A stretch of 17,356 nucleotides of DNA from an uncultured bacterium (GTDB taxonomy: Bacteria; JAJVIF01; JAPKYR01). The stretch spans positions 1-17,356 of the forward strand of contig CBDURU010000079.1 in the NCBI GenBank assembly GCA_965369865.1, given 5' to 3'. Position numbers and translations under genes: made by a program. Below are positions 1-5,925 of the stretch, one piece after another (position 1 is the stretch's first letter; each line of letters begins with the position of its first letter). The notes beneath the pieces are model-generated. The model saw only the letters and a list, made by a program, of their open reading frames with translations. It was not told where the DNA came from and ran no database searches.

Positions 1-18
1 ACATCTCCATCCCCCAAG

Positions 19-61
19 CCTCGAAAATCTCCGTGTCGAACGTGCTTGTCGACGTACATCA
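19..61. repeat. Dispersed 43-bp intergenic repeat, copy A
   Basis: cctcgaaaatctccgtgtcgaacgtgcttgtcgacgtacatca matches 8621-8663 at 39/43 positions, with an identical 22-bp core gtcgaacgtgcttgtcgacgta. Confidence 0.9.
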
Positions 62-73
62 ATACCGGCACAC

Positions 74-111
74 AAAACGACGCCCCCGGACACTAATCCC
101 GGGGGCGTTTT
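74..111. terminator. Probable bidirectional intrinsic terminator
   Basis: 10-bp stem acgcccccgg (80-89) / ccgggggcgt (99-108), flanked by an A-run on the left and a T-run on the right; lies downstream of the TadE-like gene. Confidence 0.75.
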
Positions 112-285
112 CCAGAGACAGGAGGAGAAATGCCATTGTTGACTATGTTTAAAACTGTAAATCCAATACTGAATAGATTGTATTTTTATTCGCCGGACAT
201 TAACCCGGACTGATTTGGCAGATCAAAATTACCGGGCGTTCACTTATCCGGGCTTTGTTAAATAACTCGATTCAGTCGACACACC

Positions 286-732
286 CTATTCGATCAGGAA
301 ATTACCTTCCGAATTCAGGTTTATAGGTGTGAGGGATTCCACGAAATTCGCTAATGGTGTTATTAACTGGACATTCTGGCGATCGATACTAACAACGATA
401 GTGTTGTCAGGAGTGCGATTTTCGCTGTCCGCTACGAGCACACCATAAGGGTCGAAAACCTCAATACTGATGTCGGTTTCATTCAAAGGAAAAGTGACGC
501 CATCCAGGATCGCTTTTATAATTTCCGTGTTTGTATCCCCGACAGCCCCACGCCTTGCGCCGAGCCGTGTCGAATTGTCCATCTGGATCTGCTGGTGCAG
601 GATCCATCCAAAATCAAACATACCCATAAAAAGGATAAGGAGCACGGGTGCGAGTAGTGCAAACTCAACTATACTCTGGCCGCGCTGCCGACTTTTTTGT
701 TTTATTCTTATTCTTTCGACCAGGTTTATCAT
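286..732 (-). CDS. tadE: TadE/TadG-family Tad (type IVc/Flp) pilus pseudopilin
   Basis: Basic leader then RG|QSIVEFALLAPVLLILFMGMFDFG (prepilin cleavage G, Glu at +5, hydrophobic helix), followed by the TadE-like 'TRLGARRGAV' segment; GGAGG SD upstream of the ATG. Confidence 0.85.
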   Translation of the reverse strand: MINLVERIRIKQKSRQRGQSIVEFALLAPVLLILFMGMFDFGWILHQQIQMDNSTRLGARRGAVGDTNTEIIKAILDGVTFPLNETDISIEVFDPYGVLVADSENRTPDNTIVVSIDRQNVQLITPLANFVESLTPINLNSEGNFLIE

Positions 733-834
733 GGTCGTCCTCCGTCAATAGTTCCTGTAAAACGGTAAATCAATGTTTCCCCGCCTTACGGCAGGTACGT
801 AGTATTTGCCCGGACATAAGTCCGAACATGTAGA

Positions 835-863
835 ATTATACCATATTATAGCTATTTGCGCAA
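835..863 (-). promoter_or_regulatory. Sigma70-type promoter of tadE
   Basis: Minus strand reads TTGCGC-N17-TATAAT with an extended TGn element. Confidence 0.7.
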
Positions 864-888
864 TACCATACTGTAATATTATTTTCCA

Positions 889-921
889 CAAAGAGTGGTC
901 CGCCGTGGGAGACGGCGGACC
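889..921 (-). terminator. Probable terminator after the small flagellar-like gene
   Basis: Perfect 10-bp stem ggtccgccgt (897-906) / acggcggacc (912-921), followed on the minus strand by a weak pyrimidine tail actctttg. Confidence 0.55.
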
Positions 922-969
922 GGTCCTGAAATGGGTTAGATGGCTAATCCATAAAGAAACGCCTGGATA

Positions 970-1197
970 TCAGGCGATCAGGTCAATAATAGTCTCTGAA
1001 ATCTCGTTCGCGACCCTGGCGATCGCCGCTCCGCTTTTCGCGGTAATTTTGGCCTGGTTCGCGAGGATCATCGCATCGAGAATATCGCCGCGATTAACCG
1101 CTTTAACTGCGTTTAGTAACATTTGTTCCGATTGCCGGAAAGATTCAACCGCAGCCTGTATGGCGACTGTGCCCGTGTATGTCGATGATATATTCAA
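970..1197 (-). CDS. Small 75-aa protein resembling fused flagellar rod/hook terminal helices (flagellar basal-body rod C-terminal-like)
   Basis: In frame with ORF 970..1257. A TTG start at 1197 is preceded by GGAG. The C-terminus DILDAMILANQAKITAKSGAAIARVANEISETIIDLIA resembles the rod/hook C-terminal pattern (D-L-x-x-E-M-V...AN-AK-VI-xT-ADEM-L-x-T-L-L-D-I-x-A). A sigma28-like promoter lies upstream. Confidence 0.65.
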   Translation of the reverse strand: MNISSTYTGTVAIQAAVESFRQSEQMLLNAVKAVNRGDILDAMILANQAKITAKSGAAIARVANEISETIIDLIA

Positions 1198-1243
1198 CCA
1201 AGTCCACTCCAGGTAAAGTTGTAGTACTTGCCTACTTCCTTGA

Positions 1244-1270
1244 ATTTCGGCATACACTAATGAAACTTAA
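1244..1270 (-). promoter_or_regulatory. Sigma28 (FliA/SigD)-type promoter
   Basis: Minus strand reads TTAAGTTT-N11-GCCGAAAT; consensus is TAAAGTTT-N11-GCCGATAA. Confidence 0.7.
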
Positions 1271-1302
1271 GGGTTTATTGAGGCTATTTTGGATATCCGG
1301 GC

Positions 1303-1331
1303 TTGTTTCCCGAGAGTTCATCGGCTAATCT
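1303..1331 (+). promoter_or_regulatory. Possible sigma70 promoter of the GDPD gene
   Basis: TTGTTT-N17-TAATCT ending 9 nt before the ATG at 1341. Confidence 0.4.
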
Positions 1332-1340
1332 GCCTGTGTA

Positions 1341-2210
1341 ATGCGCGCGATTATTATATCTTTATCATTCTTATTTCTTCTTAATGGGGGGTGTATGGCT
1401 ATGACTCAGCAAGAACCCGATTCCAGGTTGAGTTCAATTTACCGGTTGGACCAATCCCCGCACCGGACGCTCATGATCGCTCATCGTTGCGGCGCCGGAC
1501 TCGGACCGGAGAATACCAGGGGGACAGTTGTTCAATCGAGTCATTTCCGTCCCGATTACTATGAGATCGATATCCGTCATACAAGAGACAGTATTCCGGT
1601 CGCCATACACGATGGTACTCTCGACCGCACCACTAACCTGTCCGGCACCATAACGGATATGACATGGGATGAAATTAAGGACGCCGATGCCGGAAGCTGG
1701 TTCGGGAGTTTTTTTACGGGTGAAAGCATCCCCACATTCGAGAGAATCCTTGACAGTGTTAACCCATCCCCCCTTTGCATTGAATTAAAGGAGCCCGGTA
1801 TCACGGAAGACCAGTGCCTTGGCCTGGTCGAAATCCTTGACGAGGAAAATGATATCTCATCTGTTGTTTTCAGTTTCCATCAAACTGCGCTTGATACTTT
1901 CCGTTCAGTTGACTCTGGTTTCCAGTCCGAAAATTCTGACGGGCAGTCCGAAACCCAAACCATGAGACGGACATGTTATCTCTCGACATCGGTCGATGAA
2001 TACGCGTTAAATGGGCCGCATGAAATTGTCGGGCTTCTGCATGGTGAATGTACTTATGAAATTGTAGAGCAAATTCATGACAGCGGCAAAGCGGTCTGGG
2101 TCTGGACTGTAAATGATCTCGTGGAGATGTCACGTCTCATTCGGATGGAAGTCGACGGCATTATCACGGATTACCCGGACAGGCTGAGGAAAATCCTTCC
2201 TCCCTCCTGA
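1341..2210 (+). CDS. Glycerophosphodiester phosphodiesterase (GDPD; GlpQ/UgpQ family), possibly exported or lipidated
   Basis: Motifs IAHRxGAGLGPENT, EIDI, IHDGTLDRTTN, DAGSWF, IELK, VWTVN, VDGIITDYPD; hydrophobic N-terminus ending LNGGC. An alternative ATG start near 1395 is possible. Confidence 0.9.
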   Translation: MRAIIISLSFLFLLNGGCMAMTQQEPDSRLSSIYRLDQSPHRTLMIAHRCGAGLGPENTRGTVVQSSHFRPDYYEIDIRHTRDSIPVAIHDGTLDRTTNLSGTITDMTWDEIKDADAGSWFGSFFTGESIPTFERILDSVNPSPLCIELKEPGITEDQCLGLVEILDEENDISSVVFSFHQTALDTFRSVDSGFQSENSDGQSETQTMRRTCYLSTSVDEYALNGPHEIVGLLHGECTYEIVEQIHDSGKAVWVWTVNDLVEMSRLIRMEVDGIITDYPDRLRKILPPS

Positions 2211-2235
2211 GTTTATTTTTTCAATCAGTTCAGAT

Positions 2236-2264
2236 GTGCGCACGGCACGATACTTCAGTATAAT
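2236..2264 (+). promoter_or_regulatory. Putative sigma70 promoter giving a leaderless kdsB transcript
   Basis: GTGCGC-N17-TATAAT with the ATG at 2272 only 7 nt after the -10 box; no SD visible. Confidence 0.55.
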
Positions 2265-2271
2265 TCCCCTT

Positions 2272-3030
2272 ATGACTAACCTGGCTGTCATAATCCCCGC
2301 TAGAAAAGGATCCAAGAGATTCCCGGGTAAAGTTATCCATCCGATCCTGGGCAAACCTTTGATCCTGTGGGTTGTTGAAGGCGCGAGCCGGTCGATCCAT
2401 GCGGGTAAAGTAATTGTCGCTACCGATGATGAAGAAATCGCCCGGATTATCCGCGATGCCGGCTACACTGCCGAGATGACCCGCGACGATCACTTATCCG
2501 GAACCGACCGGGTATGGGAAGTGGCGGCTAAACTCGATGCGGACTGGATCGTTAATCTCCAGGGTGATGAACCGCTTGTGACAGGTTATGTGATTGATTC
2601 GCTGGCGGATATTGCCCAGGATGGTTCCGATATAGAAATAGCAACGCTTGTCAGAACACTCGATCCAGCGAACGCGAACAACCCGAATCGAGTCAAAGTC
2701 GTTATCGACAGACACGAAAACGCGCTTTATTTCTCGCGTTCACCTATTCCATATAATCCTCTTTCGAAATCGACCGCCATAACCCTGGCGCCTGAATATT
2801 TCCTGCATATCGGAATTTACCTTTACCGGCGCGATATCCTCAAAAAATTTGTCCGCCTTGAACAGGGTGTGCTTGAAAAAACTGAACGCCTTGAACAGCT
2901 TCGAGCTTTGGAAAACGGGATAAAAATCCGGTGTATTAAAACCGGGCATGAATTCCTTGGAGTCGATACGCCGGATGATGTACCGATTGTCGAAGCGGCA
3001 TTGAGAGCGAAAGGTTTTACTGGAGATTAA
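2272..3030 (+). CDS. kdsB: 3-deoxy-manno-octulosonate cytidylyltransferase (CMP-Kdo synthetase)
   Basis: IIPARKGSKRFPGK, VATDD, HLSGTDR, VNLQGDEP, ALYFSRSPIP, HIGIYLY, LEQLRALENG, GVDTPDD. ATG 2272 is preferred over GTG 2236 because it gives the typical KdsB N-terminus. Confidence 0.95.
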   Translation: MTNLAVIIPARKGSKRFPGKVIHPILGKPLILWVVEGASRSIHAGKVIVATDDEEIARIIRDAGYTAEMTRDDHLSGTDRVWEVAAKLDADWIVNLQGDEPLVTGYVIDSLADIAQDGSDIEIATLVRTLDPANANNPNRVKVVIDRHENALYFSRSPIPYNPLSKSTAITLAPEYFLHIGIYLYRRDILKKFVRLEQGVLEKTERLEQLRALENGIKIRCIKTGHEFLGVDTPDDVPIVEAALRAKGFTGD

Positions 3031-3065
3031 ACAATTTTAAAAAAAAACATCCGGCTCGACAGCCC

Positions 3066-5507
3066 ATGACATCATCATCGCAAAATAATCCCGTACCCCC
3101 GATCCTCAACTTTTACACTGTGTTAAGTACAGCCCTCGTTCCCATCCTTCATATTTCCAAGCCCCTCCTTGCACTGTACGGGGGTTTCCGCGATACGGTT
3201 CCCGAACGTCTCGGCGTCTTTTCCCCTGCTCTCGATTCCCTCGAGCGCAACCGTGCCGGCCGTCCGCTGGTCTGGATCCATGCGGTAAGTGTAGGGGAAG
3301 CATCCGTTGCCGGAGCGTTGATGGGAGAAATAACTAAACGTAAACCCGACGCTCTCATCGCGCTTTCGACATCCACATTTACCGGGCGCGATTACATAAC
3401 CCGAAATCTCGAACCGGACGCGTTATTCTTTTTTCCACTCGATCTTCCGGGCGTTATGCATCGTCTTGTCGCCAAACTCAGGCCGAACTGTTTTCTCGAC
3501 ATCGAGGTCGAACTCTGGCCGAACCTTTTCAAGGCACTATGCGATTTCAATGTCCCTATTGCCCTTGCTAACGGACGGATTTCCGACCGGGCGGCATCCC
3601 CGCCAAGGGCGGTAAAGGGCCTCTACAGGTGGCTCCTTTCATCCTTCGACGCTCTGTTCATGAGAAGCGGGGAGGATGTCGAACGTGCCGTAGCTCTTGG
3701 CGCGCCGAGAGAACGAACACACCTTGCCGGGAATTTAAAATTCGCCGCCTGTGGCGAACCTCCCGATATGGAATCGCGATATGAAACCCGCAAACTCCTT
3801 GGTGTGGGAAACAACGGAAAATTACTTGTTGCCGGCAGCACACATCCCGGCGAGGACGAACAATTAATCGAGTCATGGCTTGAATTAAAAAAGAAATCCG
3901 ATGGCCTTGATGAAATTCATCTCGTTCTCGCCCCAAGGCATCTCGAGCAGGTTGACCGGATCGCCAACCTCGTGCGTGAAACCGGCGAGAAAGTGGAACT
4001 CTGGACCGACATCTCCGATCGCGGGCATATAAAACCCGGCGTACACGCTGTAGTGGTTAATACTATCGGTGAACTGATGAGGCTCTACGCGGCTGCCGAT
4101 CTCGCGTTTGTGGGTGGAAGCCTTATTAAGCGCGGCGGGCATAATGTGCTGGAACCTGTCGCGATGGGAGTGCCGACACTTCACGGGCCGTCTATGGATA
4201 ATTTCCACGACCTGAAAAAAGTCCTTGGTGAGGCTGACCTGATCATTGAGGTCAAAGATAATGAAGAATTCACACTAACCGCCGAACGGGTTCTTAAGGA
4301 TGTGGACCTCACGGAATATCGTGTCAGGGCGAAGCGGCTGATCGACACGCAGCTCCAGGCCGCGGATATTATCGCCGACTGGGTCGCGTCGAAACTTCCA
4401 TCCGATAAATCTGTCCCGCTCGTAAGCTACAGGAAATCCCGCACATCGAAATCCCTGCCCGAAGCTATCCTTCGGCCTGTTTATTCCGCCTACGCGAAGG
4501 TCAGCCACAAGCGTGTGGGTAGCTATATTAAAAATGCCGTTAAACTCGATGTGCCTGTGATTTCTGTCGGCAATATCGCGATCGGGGGAACCGCCAAGAC
4601 CCCGACAGTCAAACATATCGCGATAAACAGGGTCCGCCATGGATTCAAGCCCGGGATCGTCCTGAGGGGTTACAAGGGCTCTCTCGAACGCGAATCTTCG
4701 CCGCCCGCACTGGTTTCCGACGGCGATAAAATTTTCCTTGATTGGAAAGAAGCCGGTGATGAGGCGCGGTTGCTTGCGGAAATTCTCCAGGAGGAGCATG
4801 TGCCGGTGGCTGTCGGACTCGACCGTATCGAGGCTTCCAGGATGCTCATTACCAACCTTGGCGTCGATTTAATTATCCTCGATGACGGTTTCCAGTTTAC
4901 AGGACTGAAACGTGAATTCGATCTCGCACTTATCGATGCCCTCGCACCGTTTGGACGAGCGGACGGGGGCCGGGGACTTCTGAGAGAACCCGCAAGCGCC
5001 CTCGAACGCGCCGACGCCATCCTCCTCACACGTTCCGAAGCGGTGCCCGAGATTCGTATCGAGGAAATCAAGCAGACGCTGTTTCATTCGGTCAGGAATC
5101 TCCCGCCGGTATTTATCGCGCGTACCGTGGTCAGGGGAGTCATCGACTGGAAAGGCGACGATCTTGATTCTCTTGAACTCCTGAAAGGGGTGCGTGTGGT
5201 CGGCTTCGCGGGTATCGGCAACCCGTTCAGTTTCGAGAAAACAATCGAAAGCCTCGGATGCGACCTTGCCGACCTGGTTTCATTTGCCGACCATCACCCG
5301 TACAACTCCAGAGATATTTCCCGGATCGACAAACACGCCAGGGACGCGGGCGCTGAGATCCTGGTCACAACCATGAAGGACGCGGTCAGGCTTGAGGGTA
5401 TGGGGAGTAAATTCAAAACACCCCTGTACTTTGTGGACATCGGACTCGAGATAGAATACGAACAGGGATTTATCGACTTTATGTCCGGGAAAGTTGAAAG
5501 CGGATAA
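3066..5507 (+). CDS. waaA-lpxK: Fused Kdo transferase (WaaA/KdtA, about aa 1-445) and tetraacyldisaccharide 4'-kinase (LpxK, about aa 465-813)
   Basis: WaaA motifs WIHAVSVGE, ELWPNL, NGRIS, GNLKF, AGSTHPGE, APRH, TIGEL, FVGGSL, GGHNVLEP; LpxK motifs VISVGNIAIGGTAKTP, RGYKG, GDE, ILDDGFQ, LLREP, AGIGNP, FADHH, TTMKDAVR; single uninterrupted ORF. Confidence 0.92.
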   Translation: MTSSSQNNPVPPILNFYTVLSTALVPILHISKPLLALYGGFRDTVPERLGVFSPALDSLERNRAGRPLVWIHAVSVGEASVAGALMGEITKRKPDALIALSTSTFTGRDYITRNLEPDALFFFPLDLPGVMHRLVAKLRPNCFLDIEVELWPNLFKALCDFNVPIALANGRISDRAASPPRAVKGLYRWLLSSFDALFMRSGEDVERAVALGAPRERTHLAGNLKFAACGEPPDMESRYETRKLLGVGNNGKLLVAGSTHPGEDEQLIESWLELKKKSDGLDEIHLVLAPRHLEQVDRIANLVRETGEKVELWTDISDRGHIKPGVHAVVVNTIGELMRLYAAADLAFVGGSLIKRGGHNVLEPVAMGVPTLHGPSMDNFHDLKKVLGEADLIIEVKDNEEFTLTAERVLKDVDLTEYRVRAKRLIDTQLQAADIIADWVASKLPSDKSVPLVSYRKSRTSKSLPEAILRPVYSAYAKVSHKRVGSYIKNAVKLDVPVISVGNIAIGGTAKTPTVKHIAINRVRHGFKPGIVLRGYKGSLERESSPPALVSDGDKIFLDWKEAGDEARLLAEILQEEHVPVAVGLDRIEASRMLITNLGVDLIILDDGFQFTGLKREFDLALIDALAPFGRADGGRGLLREPASALERADAILLTRSEAVPEIRIEEIKQTLFHSVRNLPPVFIARTVVRGVIDWKGDDLDSLELLKGVRVVGFAGIGNPFSFEKTIESLGCDLADLVSFADHHPYNSRDISRIDKHARDAGAEILVTTMKDAVRLEGMGSKFKTPLYFVDIGLEIEYEQGFIDFMSGKVESG

Positions 5508-5573
5508 TAATTCTTCCAATAGATCGAGAAGGTTGAGCGCGGATAATAATTCTCCCAAAAGATCGGGAAAGTT
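5487..5573 (+). repeat. Imperfect tandem duplication (39-bp period, about 2.2 copies) starting in the last codons of waaA-lpxK
   Basis: gggaaagttgaaagcggataataattcttccaatagatc / gagaaggttgagcgcggataataattctcccaaaagatc / gggaaagtt. Confidence 0.85.
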
Positions 5574-5587
5574 TCGAAAAGGGAACT

Positions 5588-5823
5588 GGTGCCGCCTCCA
5601 CAATCACTCCGCGATTTTGGAGGTGTTTAAACTTATGGTGCCTTCCCGGGTGCCGCCCACATGCGCTCCCCAGACATCCTTCGTAATATTTAAACTGTAC
5701 ATCGCTTCCCGTATTTCTAATCTCCCCAAACCCGAAAAGCTTGTGGGTGAAATATCCGGGTGGCGCCTCCACAATCATCAAGTCCGGTGCCGCCTCCACA
5801 ATCCATCCTGGATTTTGGAGGTG
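5588..5823. repeat. REP-like intergenic repeat cluster
   Basis: ggtgccgcctccacaatc at 5588 and 5786, each followed by gattttggaggtg to form a hairpin; variant ggtggcgcctccacaatc at 5759; partial ggtgccgcccaca at about 5649. Confidence 0.8.
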
Positions 5824-5862
5824 ATTCTGCCAGGTAATTATATTTGGGATAGCCCGATAAAT

Positions 5863-5891
5863 TTTGAATAATTAAAGCATAATGGTATAAT
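5863..5891 (+). promoter_or_regulatory. Sigma70-type promoter of the 850-aa lipoprotein gene
   Basis: (T)TTGAAT-N16/17-TATAAT with extended TGn; GGAGGT SD at about 5914-5919. Confidence 0.65.
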
Positions 5892-5925
5892 GATTAATAT
5901 TAATCCGTAAAATGGAGGTATCACT

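Noticed and set aside
733..830. c-di-GMP riboswitch upstream of tadE
   Set aside because: GGGCAAA and a GNRA hairpin are present, but the GACGCAAAGC junction and tetraloop-receptor stem are not evident
2236..2271. GTG start for kdsB as given by the ORF track
   Set aside because: The 12-aa extension is not KdsB-like and overlaps the predicted -35/-10 elements
5487..5823. CRISPR array
   Set aside because: Few repeats of two unrelated types with irregular spacing, no constant-length unique spacers and no cas genes in the window
5494..5871. 125-aa ORF (and a 78-aa sub-ORF from 5635 with GGAGGTG upstream)
   Set aside because: The translation merely mirrors the DNA repeats (ADNNS x2, RLHN x3), the apparent SD is part of the REP-like hairpin, and there is no recognisable protein signal
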